64,000 nucleotides of DNA, taken from the NCBI GenBank assembly GCA_964566535.1, contig CAZMIO010000001.1:1-64000 (forward strand). Direction: 5' to 3'. This DNA is from an uncultured Methanosarcinales archaeon (GTDB taxonomy: Archaea; Nanobdellota; Nanobdellia; Woesearchaeales; CAZOXR01). Below, one piece after another: positions 9,993-21,653 of the stretch (position 1 is the stretch's first letter; each line of letters opens with the position of its first letter). The notes beneath the pieces were generated by a model. That model had not been told where the DNA came from. It saw nothing but the letters and a program-made list of their open reading frames with translations, and did no database searches. Made by a program: the position numbers and the translations under genes.

Positions 9993-11006
9993 ATGAAAAA
10001 GCTAAAAGTAGGGATATTTGGGGCAACTGGAATGGTTGGTAGGGAATTGATTAAGGTACTTTTTGATAGGAAGTTTCCTATTTTGGAATTGAGATTGTAT
10101 GCTTCTTCACGTAGTGAAGGTAAGAAGGTTGAGACTCCGATTGGAACTTTAACGATTGAAAATTCTGAAACTGCTGATTACTCTCAGTTAGATATGGCTT
10201 TTTTTGCTATAAGTGGCGAATGGTCGAAGGTGAATGCTTCTAAGGCGGTAGACGCTGGTTGTATTGTGATTGATAACTCATCTGCTTTTAGGTATGAAGG
10301 GGATGTGCCTTTAGTTGTTCCTGAGATTAATCCGGATGCTATCGGTGATTCGAAGTTGATTGCTAATCCTAATTGTACGACTGCTATTGCTGCTATCCCA
10401 CTTTGGGAGATACATAAGAATTTTGGTTTGAAGAAGGTTATCATTTCGACTTATCAGTCAACTTCCGGAGCTGGTAATGGGGGGATGGAAGAGCTTGAGA
10501 AAGAGACTAAGAACTCTTTAGATGGTAATGAAGTAGGTAATGGAATATTTGCTTATCCGATTCCTTTTAACGTTATACCTCATATTGATGTGTTTCAGGA
10601 AAATGATTATACTAAGGAAGAGATGAAGGTAGTTTGGGAGACCCGTAAGATTTTTGATGATGCTGATGTTTCAATATCTTGCACTTGTGTAAGGATACCT
10701 GTAATGAGAGTTCATTCTGAGAGTATAGTAGTTGAGACTGAAAAGAAGATTAGCGCTTCTAAGGTTAGGAATATCTTTAAGAATACTGCTGGTATTGAAG
10801 TTTTGGATGACCTTAAGAAGAATGTTTATCCAATGCCACTTACTGCTACTGGGAAGTATGATGTTGAGGTCGGTAGGATTCGGCAGAATATAGTATTTGG
10901 AGATAATGGTTTAGAGTTCTTTGTATGTGGGGATCAGGTTTTGAAGGGAGCTGCACTTAATGCTGTTCAGATTGGCGAATTGGTTTTGGAGAAGAGATTT
11001 GGCTAA
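9993..11006 (+). CDS. asd: Aspartate-semialdehyde dehydrogenase
   Basis: GATGMVG, DNSSAFR, ANPNCTT, KGAALNAVQ. Confidence 0.96.
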   Translation: MKKLKVGIFGATGMVGRELIKVLFDRKFPILELRLYASSRSEGKKVETPIGTLTIENSETADYSQLDMAFFAISGEWSKVNASKAVDAGCIVIDNSSAFRYEGDVPLVVPEINPDAIGDSKLIANPNCTTAIAAIPLWEIHKNFGLKKVIISTYQSTSGAGNGGMEELEKETKNSLDGNEVGNGIFAYPIPFNVIPHIDVFQENDYTKEEMKVVWETRKIFDDADVSISCTCVRIPVMRVHSESIVVETEKKISASKVRNIFKNTAGIEVLDDLKKNVYPMPLTATGKYDVEVGRIRQNIVFGDNGLEFFVCGDQVLKGAALNAVQIGELVLEKRFG

Positions 11007-11044
11007 CAAAACCTTTATAAATGATGGTTTAGTTCTCTAATTCT

Positions 11045-11218
11045 ATGACAGAAAAAATTGTTTGTTCATCGTGTAAAACAGACATTACAAACCTTGCAGG
11101 CACTGCGAAGTTTCCATGTCCGAATTGTGCGAAATATACAATAATCAGATGTAAACATTGTAGAGAGGTTGCTGCTAAGTTTAGCTGTCCTGAATGTAAG
11201 TTTACTGGTCCTAATTAA
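11045..11218 (+). CDS. Small Zn-ribbon protein (HVO_2753/DUF1610 type), 57 aa
   Basis: Missed by the ORF track: CSSC..FPCPNC..RCKHCR..CPECKFTGPN; usual position before aEF1-beta. Confidence 0.92.
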   Translation: MTEKIVCSSCKTDITNLAGTAKFPCPNCAKYTIIRCKHCREVAAKFSCPECKFTGPN

Positions 11219-11220
11219 AA

Positions 11221-11499
11221 ATGGCAAATGTAATTGTAACTCTAAAGGTAATGCCTGCTTCTCCTGAAGTTGATATGGCTAAATTAGAAGAAGCCATTAA
11301 AGAGAAGGTTAAGGTTTTTGCTGGCGAAGGAGAAACTAAAACTGAGATTGAGCCAGTTGCTTTTGGTTTGAAGTCATTGAAGATTCTGTTTGTTGCTGAT
11401 GAGTCAAAAGGAAGTCCTGATCCAATAGCTGAAGAAGTTGCTGGTATGGAAGAAGTTAATTCTGCTGAGATTAGTGATGTAAGACGGGCTGTTGGGTAG
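11221..11499 (+). CDS. ef1b: Elongation factor 1-beta
   Basis: KVMPASPEVD, EPVAFGLKSL. Confidence 0.95.
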   Translation: MANVIVTLKVMPASPEVDMAKLEEAIKEKVKVFAGEGETKTEIEPVAFGLKSLKILFVADESKGSPDPIAEEVAGMEEVNSAEISDVRRAVG

Positions 11500-12549
11500 T
11501 TAAAATAGTTTAATCAATTTCTTCAAAGGAATGTTTGATCTTATTGCTTCTGGGTTGAAGTGTGTAACTGATGCTTTGTAGTTTAATTTTTTTATTTTCT
11601 TGATTAATTTTTGTCTTTTTGGGATTTCTTTTATTTTGTACTTTTTGCAGATAAAGTGGAGGTCGTAGAATCCGACTGTGTTAATTGAGGATTCGTCTTT
11701 AATTATTTTTAGAAAATCAACTAATGGATTTTTTTCTGATGGTTCGGTCTTTATTGATTTTATCATATTATTTACTAATTTGGTGTCCCATAATTGACCT
11801 AACCACATTGGTCCTGTGCTGTTTAAGTGGTTGTGTTGTTTTAAGATAGCATCTACTCGTTCTTTTCCTTTTTCTACTTGGAAGAAGACTCTGAAATAGT
11901 GGTCTTTTGAGTAGGAGAGGATTGGAGTTAATGCTTTGTCGTATTGTGCTGCAACTAATTGAATTTTTCTGATTAGGATCCTTATTCCGGTTTCATGCAT
12001 TATTGGAGATTTCTTTGTTGTTGCCCAATATTTTCTTAATCCTGCTTTTGGAAATGTTCCGCAAAGGCAGCTGGTATCGGTTGCAGTAACTGCCAGTATC
12101 CCTGTTCTTGATATCCTTCTTATTGCTGAATCTAAGAATGGGTTTGGAGTTCCAAATGGATCAATGTCAATATAGTCAAATCCTTTTGAGTTTAGAAGGA
12201 ATAGGTTTGCGTCATTATTACTAATTATGGTTTTTTTATCATTGGTTTTTATTTTATTTAGTTTTAGATTGTTTTTGATTAATTTAATTGATTTTTCTGA
12301 TAAATCGTTAATGTATAACTCATTGATTATTCCTTTATTTAATTCTTTAAGGAATCTTATAGCTCTTATGCCAGAACCTGCTAAGGGTAGGGCTAATCTT
12401 AAGTCTTTTTTGTTTAATGCGTTAAGTAGTATGATAGAAGTGTCTCTGTTTAGCTTCATAACTGGGTTGTAGAAGACTTCCATCTGCTTTGAGACTACTT
12501 TTTCTGGTTTTATGTTTAGCTTTGCTTTTCCTTCTGTTATTATTTCCAT
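11500..12549 (-). CDS. trm1: tRNA (guanine26-N2)-dimethyltransferase
   Basis: VFYNPVMKLNRD, GIRAIR, DIDPFGTP, VTATD. Confidence 0.93.
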   Translation of the reverse strand: MEIITEGKAKLNIKPEKVVSKQMEVFYNPVMKLNRDTSIILLNALNKKDLRLALPLAGSGIRAIRFLKELNKGIINELYINDLSEKSIKLIKNNLKLNKIKTNDKKTIISNNDANLFLLNSKGFDYIDIDPFGTPNPFLDSAIRRISRTGILAVTATDTSCLCGTFPKAGLRKYWATTKKSPIMHETGIRILIRKIQLVAAQYDKALTPILSYSKDHYFRVFFQVEKGKERVDAILKQHNHLNSTGPMWLGQLWDTKLVNNMIKSIKTEPSEKNPLVDFLKIIKDESSINTVGFYDLHFICKKYKIKEIPKRQKLIKKIKKLNYKASVTHFNPEAIRSNIPLKKLIKLF

Positions 12550-12617
12550 GTGATTTGGGAATATATTAGTGTTTATATCTTTAACTGATATGAAAAGATT
12601 TTAATATAAGTTATGGG

Positions 12618-13019
12618 ATGATTGATAGGATGACATACATGAATGGTGGACCAGGTAATTATTCTGCTGATAGAGTCGCTAGTGGTGGATCGGTAAATTT
12701 AACTCCTAATGTTTCTGGTGATTTAGTTGCTTTGGGTATGAAACCCATTTATCTTCCTGATAATGATGGTGTGAGTCCAACAGCTGTGGCAGATGTGAAT
12801 ACAAGATATAGTGGTATGACTGTTGGAGGAGCTATAGCAGCGGCACTTTCAGCTTTAGTTTTAGGCTTGAGTCTTTCAAGTTCTCCTTTACTTACTAAAA
12901 TTGCTGAAGCGGAGACACCTGGTGAAGAACCAGTGGTAGAGATATCTGCTGGTGTAAGGTATGGTGTAGAAAGAGTTGTTAGAATTTCTGAATTTGATCC
13001 CGATTTGGTTAGGGAGTAA
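12618..13019 (+). CDS. Orphan single-TM protein
   Basis: ORF with upstream TATA-like box and one hydrophobic helix. Confidence 0.65.
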   Translation: MIDRMTYMNGGPGNYSADRVASGGSVNLTPNVSGDLVALGMKPIYLPDNDGVSPTAVADVNTRYSGMTVGGAIAAALSALVLGLSLSSSPLLTKIAEAETPGEEPVVEISAGVRYGVERVVRISEFDPDLVRE

Positions 13020-13089
13020 GAGTTCTGTACTACTTTATAGTAGTTATTAAGGAAAGATTTATATATGGGTATTTATTGGTGTATTCGAT

Positions 13090-13596
13090 ATGAAACAATT
13101 AAAACCTGCTGGAGAGAGTTATGCTCCTATTTATAGTGATGTTAGTACTCCTATTGCCTTAGGTGTTGGGCCGCAAATAGTTGGGTGGGAAGTTACTAGG
13201 CGAAATGGAGAATTACTTTATGCTGATTTTGGTGGACGAGATGCAAAATTTTATGATGATCCTGAGTTAGTTGAAGCATTATTAGCGCAAGAAGAAGTTG
13301 GTGGAAGACATAATGGTATGGGGAGAGTTGGAACTCTTGCAAAAGCCGCATTATTGATTCTTGGTGTTGGTATTGCTTCACAATATGTTACAACTGATGA
13401 TTCTTCGTTAAATACTTATGTAGGAGATACACATCAAACTGCAAATGTTGATGGAGATTCTGGTTTAGAGTTTGAACCAGGGGTTAACTATATTATGGAA
13501 TATAGACCAAGAGGTTTAGGGAGAGTTGATAGTGCTATAAGAAGAGGAAAAAGAAAGTTATCAAGTATGGTTGATTCACTTTTAAGAAAATTATAA
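13090..13596 (+). CDS. Orphan single-TM protein, weakly similar to the preceding ORF
   Basis: TTTATATA about 30 nt upstream; GMGRVGTLAKAALLILGVG vs GMTVGGAIAAALSALVLGL. Confidence 0.65.
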   Translation: MKQLKPAGESYAPIYSDVSTPIALGVGPQIVGWEVTRRNGELLYADFGGRDAKFYDDPELVEALLAQEEVGGRHNGMGRVGTLAKAALLILGVGIASQYVTTDDSSLNTYVGDTHQTANVDGDSGLEFEPGVNYIMEYRPRGLGRVDSAIRRGKRKLSSMVDSLLRKL

Positions 13597-13611
13597 TTAA
13601 ATTGAATTTTT

Positions 13612-13980
13612 TTATCTTTTTTGAACTCTATTTTCTAAACCTTTTGAAACGTAAACAACTTCGCCTAGAGTTGGATTTGGGGTTCCGGTTGTTAATACTG
13701 CATCATATCTAGATCTGGCAAATATCTCTGTGAATCTAATCACAGATTCGATAGGTAACTCTGCCCCTTCTAATTCTCTTGGGACTGTTAAATGAATTAA
13801 ACAAGTTGGTTGATCAGTTAGTCCTAGTTCTCTTACAGCTTTATTTATTGCTTCTAATCTTGGATCTCCTTTGTATTCTTTAGGAATGGGTTCAAGTAAC
13901 GCTTCGTAATTGGCGACAGTGACATGCATAGGATCATAACTTTGACTTCTTGAACGTCCCTCCCAAAGAAATAAAGTCAT
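13612..13980 (-). CDS. Hypothetical protein
   Basis: 122-aa ORF filling the gap. Confidence 0.6.
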   Translation of the reverse strand: MTLFLWEGRSRSQSYDPMHVTVANYEALLEPIPKEYKGDPRLEAINKAVRELGLTDQPTCLIHLTVPRELEGAELPIESVIRFTEIFARSRYDAVLTTGTPNPTLGEVVYVSKGLENRVQKR

Positions 13981-14038
13981 TTCTGTTGCTGGATTATCTA
14001 GCGGATATCTTATTTTAAAAATTTAAGAAAAAAATAAT

Positions 14039-14398
14039 TTATCTAATGTTTAGATAAACGTACTCCCAGTCTTTGAACTGACTGTTAGAAACTTCGACTC
14101 TTGCAATGTAGTCTCCTGGCTTCACGCTTTCATCAGGTGTCCAGTAGAATCTTGCAACTTGGTTATCTTGTGCTTGTAAGTCGAATCCTTGTGAGTATAG
14201 TGTTACTCCAAGATCATGTATGAATATTCTTGCTCTTGTCCTGTCAAAATCTTCATTTAAATCATTGTTTACAAGAACAAATAGTTCGTTTTCTTGTCCT
14301 ATCTGAATAGGTTCACTGATAAAAACTTTGCTTAATGGTGCAAAACCACTTAGTAATACGGTGCTTAAAACCAATAAAAGTCCGATTATTTTTTTCAT
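14039..14398 (-). CDS. Secreted beta-sandwich-like hypothetical protein
   Basis: MKK signal peptide; PGDYIARVEVSN. Confidence 0.7.
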   Translation of the reverse strand: MKKIIGLLLVLSTVLLSGFAPLSKVFISEPIQIGQENELFVLVNNDLNEDFDRTRARIFIHDLGVTLYSQGFDLQAQDNQVARFYWTPDESVKPGDYIARVEVSNSQFKDWEYVYLNIR

Positions 14399-14521
14399 TT
14401 TATATTTCCCCCTATTATGATACTATTTACGAATAGCAACTGATATTTAAACATTTTGGTTTTGTCCTATAAGTAAAATAACATAAAAAAGTTTATATAG
14501 TTTCATCAATAAGTTAGGTGT

Positions 14522-15358
14522 ATGACAGCAAAAATAATAGATGGGAAAAAGGTTGCTGAAAAGGTTATTTCTGATATTGGAAAAAAAGTTAAGGGGATGA
14601 AAGTGAAGCCTGGTTTGGCTGTTGTTTTGGTTGGTAAGAATCCTGCATCACAGATATATGTTGGAATGAAGGAGAAAAAGTGCAAAGAGGCAGGTTTTTA
14701 TTCTGAAAAGCATGTTTTGGATGAACGAATTGATGAGATTGCTCTTTTGAAGATAGTTGATGAACTAAATCAGAACTCTAAAATCCATGGGATGCTTGTA
14801 CAATTGCCCTTGCCGAAGCATATTAATGAACAACTTATAATTGATGCGATAGTTCCTCACAAGGATGCTGATGGGTTTAATCCTCTAAATATGGGAAATA
14901 TGCTGATTGGGAACAATATGATTTTGCCTGCTACGCCTAAGGGTGTGATGAGGCTATTTGATGAGTATAATATTAAGTTAGAAGGTAAGCATGCTGTTGT
15001 TATTGGAAGGAGTAATATTGTTGGAAAGCCGATTTCTGTTTTGTTGCAGCAGAGAAATGCAACCGTTACAATGTGTCATTCTAGGACTAAGGATTTGAAA
15101 GGGATTACTAAGAAAGCAGATATTATTGTTGCTGCTGTTGGGAAGGCTAAGATGATTAAGAAAGATATGGTGAAAAAAGGTGCAGTTGTTATTGATGTTG
15201 GGATGAATAGGGATAAGGGTAAATTGTGTGGAGATGTTGATTTTGAGCATGTTAAGAGTGTTGCTTCCTATATTACGCCAGTGCCTAGAGGAGTTGGGCC
15301 TATGACTATTGCTATGCTGCTTGAGAATACGTTGGAATGTATGGAATTGAGGAAATGA
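14522..15358 (+). CDS. folD: Methylene-THF dehydrogenase/cyclohydrolase
   Basis: VQLPLP, KDADG, GRSNIVGKP, GVGPMT. Confidence 0.97.
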   Translation: MTAKIIDGKKVAEKVISDIGKKVKGMKVKPGLAVVLVGKNPASQIYVGMKEKKCKEAGFYSEKHVLDERIDEIALLKIVDELNQNSKIHGMLVQLPLPKHINEQLIIDAIVPHKDADGFNPLNMGNMLIGNNMILPATPKGVMRLFDEYNIKLEGKHAVVIGRSNIVGKPISVLLQQRNATVTMCHSRTKDLKGITKKADIIVAAVGKAKMIKKDMVKKGAVVIDVGMNRDKGKLCGDVDFEHVKSVASYITPVPRGVGPMTIAMLLENTLECMELRK

Positions 15359-15414
15359 TGGTTAAACTAAACCTTTATATATCTAATTATACTTCTTTAT
15401 TTACGGTGAAATAA

Positions 15415-16029
15415 ATTTTAAACATTGCCGTATTGGGGTCAACGAGAGGAACTGACTTACAGGCAGTAATAGACTCCATAGAGAATGGCAAGTTAAATGA
15501 TGTTAAGATTTCTGTTGTTATAAGTAATAAAGAAGGTGCATTCATTCTTGAGAGGGCTAAACAGTATGATATTAAAGCTATGTTTATTGATCCTAAGGGG
15601 AAGAGTAAGGAAGAATATGATGAAAAGATAATGAAGGTTCTTGAGAAGGAAAGTATTGATTTAGTTCTGCTTATTGGTTATATGAAATTGATGTCAACAG
15701 AGTTTGTTGGTAAATGGAAAAACAAAGTTATGAACATACATCCTAGTTTACTTCCAATGTTTGCTGGTGGTATGGATAGGGATGTACATCAGGATGTTTT
15801 AGATCGTGGGGCAAAGGTTTCTGGATGTACTTTGATATTTATTGATGAAGGTGCCGATACTGGTCCTGTGATACTGCAAAAATCTGTTGATGTTTCTAAT
15901 GGTGAGACAGTGGATAGTTTAAGGGAGAAGGTACAGGAAGCTGAGCAAGAAATTATAATTAAAGGAATTGAGTTGTTTAGAGATGGAAAGTTAGAAATAG
16001 TTGGAAGAAAAGTAAAGATATTGGAGTAG
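15415..16029 (+). CDS. purN: Phosphoribosylglycinamide formyltransferase (probable ATT start)
   Basis: LNIAVLGSTRGT, NIHPSLLP, DTGPVI; in-frame TAA at 15412-15414 bounds the start. Confidence 0.93.
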   Translation: MLNIAVLGSTRGTDLQAVIDSIENGKLNDVKISVVISNKEGAFILERAKQYDIKAMFIDPKGKSKEEYDEKIMKVLEKESIDLVLLIGYMKLMSTEFVGKWKNKVMNIHPSLLPMFAGGMDRDVHQDVLDRGAKVSGCTLIFIDEGADTGPVILQKSVDVSNGETVDSLREKVQEAEQEIIIKGIELFRDGKLEIVGRKVKILE

Positions 16030-16038
16030 GTGGTAACA

Positions 16039-17580
16039 ATGGTGAAGAGAGCATTAATTTCGGTTTCAAACAAAGAAGGAATTGTTGAGTTTGGTAAGGG
16101 GCTACAAGAATTAGGTGTTGAGATATTATCCACTGGTGGTACTGCTAAACTTCTAAAAGAGAATGGTGTTGAGGTTAAGATGGTTTCTGAGCATACTGGA
16201 CATCCTGAGATTTTGGGTGGAAGGGTTAAGACATTACACCCTAAGGTACATGGTGGGATATTGGCTTTAAGGGATAAGGCAGATCATGTTAAACAACTGC
16301 AGGATTATAATATTGATGCTATTGACTTAGTTGTTGTTAATTTATATCCGTTTCAAGAGACTGTCTCTAAGAAAAATGTTAAATTTGCAGATGCGATTGA
16401 GAATATTGATATTGGCGGGCCTACGATGATTAGGTCTGCTGCAAAGAACTTTGAGCATGTTGGTGTTATTGTTGATCCTGCTGATTATCCGAAGGTCTTA
16501 GATGAGTTGAAGAAGAAGAAAAAGCTTACAAAAGAATCTAAGAATCAACTTGCAGTTAAGGCATTTAAGCATACTGCTTCTTATGACTGTATTATTGGAG
16601 AATATCTTTGTGGTTGCAAAACTAATGGAGTTTTTCCTGAATTGTTGAACTTGACTTTTGAGAAGGTTCAGGATTTAAGGTATGGTGAAAATCCACATCA
16701 GAAAGGGGCTTTTTACAAGGAACCCTTTTTGCTTGAGACATCTATAGTTGGTGCGAAGCAGTTGTTTGGGAAGGAACTGTCTTACAATAATATTTTTGAT
16801 TCTGATGGGGCATTTGAATTGGTTAAAGAATTTAAGGAGCCGACAGTTGTTGTGGTAAAGCATGCTAATCCTTGTGGAGTTGCTTCTCGTGATACAATTG
16901 AAGAGGCTTTTGAGGATGCTTATCTGGTTGATCCGATGTCTGCTTTTGGTTGTATAATTGCGATGAACAAGCCTTGTAGTTTGAAGGTTGCGCAGATGAC
17001 TAAGGGTAAGTTTATTGAGGTTTTGATTGCGCCGTCTTATGATAAGAAGGCCTTGGAGTTTTTGAAAGCGAATAAACAGCATCTTAGGATTTTAGAGACT
17101 GGACCTATCACTCAGTGCGATGAAGGGTATGAGATGAAGAAGGTTGTTGGCGGGGTGTTAGCGATGACCCGGGAATGGCCTGATGCCGATGAACTTAAGC
17201 TAGAAGTTGTTTCTAAAAGGAAGCCGTTTAAGGAAGAGTTAGAGGATTTGAAGTTTGCCTGGAGAGTCAATAAGCATGTTAAGTCAAACTCTGTTGTTTT
17301 CTGTAAAGATAAAACTGCTTATGGTATTGGGGCTGGGCAGATGTCTAGAGTTGATGCTTCTATAATTGCTACACGTAAATCTGCTGGCAGGGCTGAAGGA
17401 GGAGTTATGTCTTCAGATGCATTTTTTCCTTTTAGGGATTCTGTTGATGAGGCTGCTAAGGCCGGAGTTAAGGCTGTGATTCATCCTGGTGGTTCAAAGA
17501 ATGATAAGGAAGTTATTGAGGCTGCTGATGATCATAATATGGCGATGGTGTTTACTGGGGTGAGGCTGTTTAAGCATTAA
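16039..17580 (+). CDS. purH: Bifunctional AICAR transformylase/IMP cyclohydrolase
   Basis: GRVKTLHP, IDIGGP, LRYGENPHQ, KHANPCG, SDAFFPF. Confidence 0.97.
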   Translation: MVKRALISVSNKEGIVEFGKGLQELGVEILSTGGTAKLLKENGVEVKMVSEHTGHPEILGGRVKTLHPKVHGGILALRDKADHVKQLQDYNIDAIDLVVVNLYPFQETVSKKNVKFADAIENIDIGGPTMIRSAAKNFEHVGVIVDPADYPKVLDELKKKKKLTKESKNQLAVKAFKHTASYDCIIGEYLCGCKTNGVFPELLNLTFEKVQDLRYGENPHQKGAFYKEPFLLETSIVGAKQLFGKELSYNNIFDSDGAFELVKEFKEPTVVVVKHANPCGVASRDTIEEAFEDAYLVDPMSAFGCIIAMNKPCSLKVAQMTKGKFIEVLIAPSYDKKALEFLKANKQHLRILETGPITQCDEGYEMKKVVGGVLAMTREWPDADELKLEVVSKRKPFKEELEDLKFAWRVNKHVKSNSVVFCKDKTAYGIGAGQMSRVDASIIATRKSAGRAEGGVMSSDAFFPFRDSVDEAAKAGVKAVIHPGGSKNDKEVIEAADDHNMAMVFTGVRLFKH

Positions 17581-17581
17581 G

Positions 17582-17809
17582 ATGGATAGGATGACAAGAA
17601 CATTATGTGTAGTGGTTGCTTCTGCAGCGTTAATGGCGATTGCTCCTAGAGTTGGTAAGGGGCTATATGATCGCCCTGGTAGATTCCTTCCTAGTGGTTC
17701 TGATATTCAACAGTTCTTTAGGCAATATGATGACAGGTTACTTTCTGGTCCTGAAACTGAAGTGGTTTATGCTCCGAGTAATGGGTTGGGTGATTATGTT
17801 GTTGGATAG
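17582..17809 (+). CDS. Small orphan protein with hydrophobic N-terminus
   Basis: 75-aa ORF starting 1 nt after purH. Confidence 0.5.
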   Translation: MDRMTRTLCVVVASAALMAIAPRVGKGLYDRPGRFLPSGSDIQQFFRQYDDRLLSGPETEVVYAPSNGLGDYVVG

Positions 17810-17886
17810 TAACATTTATGGTCCCTCTTGGTGGCTCTAAAAACGATAAAAAAGTTATTATAACTTTTGAAGAGAATATTCAGAAA

Positions 17887-18015
17887 TTAAATTGCCTTAA
17901 TGATCTTTTTAAATTTTTTATTAAATCTTTGTGCGGATTCTTCAATAGTTTTTTTAGAATTATCAATTTTCTTCCCATTCACCTGTAATAAACGTTCAAA
18001 TTCTTTTCCACTCAT
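17887..18015 (-). CDS. Possible small protein (42 aa)
   Basis: MSGKEFERLLQVNGKK...; follows the 18062-18463 ORF on the same strand. Confidence 0.35.
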   Translation of the reverse strand: MSGKEFERLLQVNGKKIDNSKKTIEESAQRFNKKFKKIIKAI

Positions 18016-18061
18016 TTTTTCATCACATGGTTTATATTATATCTGGAATATATAAGTTTTT

Positions 18062-18463
18062 CTACTTTTTTTGTTTCTCTAGTTGATTATAAGCTTCAAT
18101 AACCTCTTTATAGCTATTAAAGATTTCATCAGATTGAAACTTGATTAAATCATTTTCATTTTTTAATCCAATAATCTCATCTTCAAAAATTTTCAATCTA
18201 GATTCCATCATTATCTTATGTAATCCGAATGTTAATAATACTAATAAAGCAAAATAACTAACTATTTCTAATTTTATACCGTTTTCTGTTACGAAGAATA
18301 TCAGTGCAGCTTGTTCAAGAGTATACAGAATTAAAAACATAATCTCAAAGATAGACCTATGGTAAAAAGCGAATAATCTTAACTCTGCCCAATTTTTACC
18401 TATCAATCTTAAAGAATGACCTAATATAGGTATCTCTTTTTTTTCTTTTGACATGACCTCCAT
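18062..18463 (-). CDS. Hypothetical membrane protein with coiled-coil tail
   Basis: Two hydrophobic segments followed by a heptad-like region. Confidence 0.65.
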   Translation of the reverse strand: MEVMSKEKKEIPILGHSLRLIGKNWAELRLFAFYHRSIFEIMFLILYTLEQAALIFFVTENGIKLEIVSYFALLVLLTFGLHKIMMESRLKIFEDEIIGLKNENDLIKFQSDEIFNSYKEVIEAYNQLEKQKK

Positions 18464-18632
18464 GCAAATGAGAAAATTACATATCTATAAATATTTTGTT
18501 GATTCCAAAATAACCTTAATTTAACGTCATAATCAGTAACCTTTATATACGGTCAGATGATACTTAATCATGTGATAGGGAGACCCTTTTTTCTTTGAAA
18601 CGGTTTTGAATTTTTGTTATAGAAAAGTTTAA

Positions 18633-20023
<1,391 letters not shown>

Positions 20024-20884
20024 ATGTTAGGTGTTGAATTATGTGGCGTTAAGCTAGAAAGTCCTCTAGTGTTAGCTTCTGGAATTCTTGGTGTTTCTGG
20101 GAAATTAGTTTCAAGGTTTAAAGTTGGGGCTGTTACTATGAAGACTCTGACTTTGGAGAGTAGGGATGGTCATAAGAACCCTACGATTTTAGCTGGTGAT
20201 GATTATTTGATTAATGCAGTTGGGCTTTCTAATCCGGGAGTTTTGGAAGGGTTGAGGGAGGTTGATGTTGCTGCCGAATCTAATGTGGTTATTGTTAGTA
20301 TTTCTGGAGGGACTGTTGCTGACTTTGGTAAGTTAGCTGAAGAGGTTAGTAAGAGTAAGGCCTCTTTTATTGAAGTCAATATTTCATGTCCTAATGTTGA
20401 GGATGATTTAGGCAGGCCTTTTGCCTGTACTGCTTCTGATGCAGCTGCTGTTACTAAGATTGTTAAGGAGAATTCTTCATTGCCTGTAATTGTTAAGTTA
20501 TCTCCAAATGTTGATGATATTCAAAAGATTGCTAAGTCTGTTGAAGATGCTGGTGCAGATGCACTTTGTTGCTTTAATACATTTGGACCTGAAGAGAATG
20601 AGTTTTTGTCTAATAAGAAGGGTGGTGTTTCTGGTCCTAAGATTTTTAAGAAGGCTTTGATGATGGTTAGTGACGTTGCAGCTGTTGTTAAGGTTCCAGT
20701 TATTGCTACTGGTGGGATTACTTATGGTAAGGATGCAATTGAGATGTTGAAAGTTGGTGCTACTTGTGTTGGTATTGGGTCCGGGGTTTATTTTAGAGGG
20801 ATAGAAGTTTTTGATAAGGTTAATTTGGAGATTAAGGAGTATATGGTTAAGAAGGGGTTGAAAACTGTGGGAGAGATTCGGTAA
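20024..20884 (+). CDS. pyrD: Dihydroorotate dehydrogenase 1B catalytic subunit
   Basis: NAVGLSNPG, EVNISCPN, VKLSPN, GGVSGP. Confidence 0.95.
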   Translation: MLGVELCGVKLESPLVLASGILGVSGKLVSRFKVGAVTMKTLTLESRDGHKNPTILAGDDYLINAVGLSNPGVLEGLREVDVAAESNVVIVSISGGTVADFGKLAEEVSKSKASFIEVNISCPNVEDDLGRPFACTASDAAAVTKIVKENSSLPVIVKLSPNVDDIQKIAKSVEDAGADALCCFNTFGPEENEFLSNKKGGVSGPKIFKKALMMVSDVAAVVKVPVIATGGITYGKDAIEMLKVGATCVGIGSGVYFRGIEVFDKVNLEIKEYMVKKGLKTVGEIR

Positions 20885-20885
20885 A

Positions 20886-21653
20886 ATGGATATGCCTAAG
20901 TTAGTGAAGATAAAGAAGATAGTTGATGAGAATGAGAAAGTTAAAACGTTTTTCTTAGATACTAAACTTGATGTTAAGCCTGGGCAGTTCATTATGGTGT
21001 GGATAAAAGGTGTTGATGAGAAACCGTTTAGTTTGTCTAGTGTTAAGGGAGATATTGCGGTTACGGTTGAAGTTAAGGGTGAGTTTACCAGGGCTATGTT
21101 TAAGTTAGAGGTTGGCGATGAGGTAGGGATTAGGGGGCCTTATGGTAATGGGTACTCGGCTGAGAAAGGGGCTGTTGTTGTGGCTGGTGGTTTGGGGTTA
21201 GCTCCGCTTAAACCTTTGATTGGGAAGATTAGTGGGGTTGAGGTGGTGTATGGTGCTAAGACAAAGGATGTTTTGATATTTAAGGATATGATTGAGAAGT
21301 TTGATGTTTGTACTGACGATGGTTCGTTTGGTGAAAAGGCTTTTACAACTGATATTTTGGAGAGGAAGTTGAAGGGAGGGAAAGTTAGTATTGTTTATGC
21401 TTGTGGACCTGAAGTGATGTTACTGAAGGTGTTTGAGGTTTGTGAGAAGTATAGTGTTGATTGTGAGGTTTCTCTTGAACGGTATATGAAGTGTGGTTTT
21501 GGTGTTTGTGCGCAATGTGTATGTGAAGATCAGATGGTTTGCAAGGATGGTCCTGTTTTCGGGTCAGATATGTTGAGGGGGATGAGTGAGTTTGGGAAAT
21601 CGGCTCGGTTGAAAAGTGGGAAGTTAGTTAGTTTGAAGGAGTATTACGGATGA
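20886..21653 (+). CDS. pyrK: Dihydroorotate dehydrogenase electron transfer subunit
   Basis: PGQFIMVW, RGPYGNG, MKCGFGVCAQC...CKDGPVF. Confidence 0.95.
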   Translation: MDMPKLVKIKKIVDENEKVKTFFLDTKLDVKPGQFIMVWIKGVDEKPFSLSSVKGDIAVTVEVKGEFTRAMFKLEVGDEVGIRGPYGNGYSAEKGAVVVAGGLGLAPLKPLIGKISGVEVVYGAKTKDVLIFKDMIEKFDVCTDDGSFGEKAFTTDILERKLKGGKVSIVYACGPEVMLLKVFEVCEKYSVDCEVSLERYMKCGFGVCAQCVCEDQMVCKDGPVFGSDMLRGMSEFGKSARLKSGKLVSLKEYYG

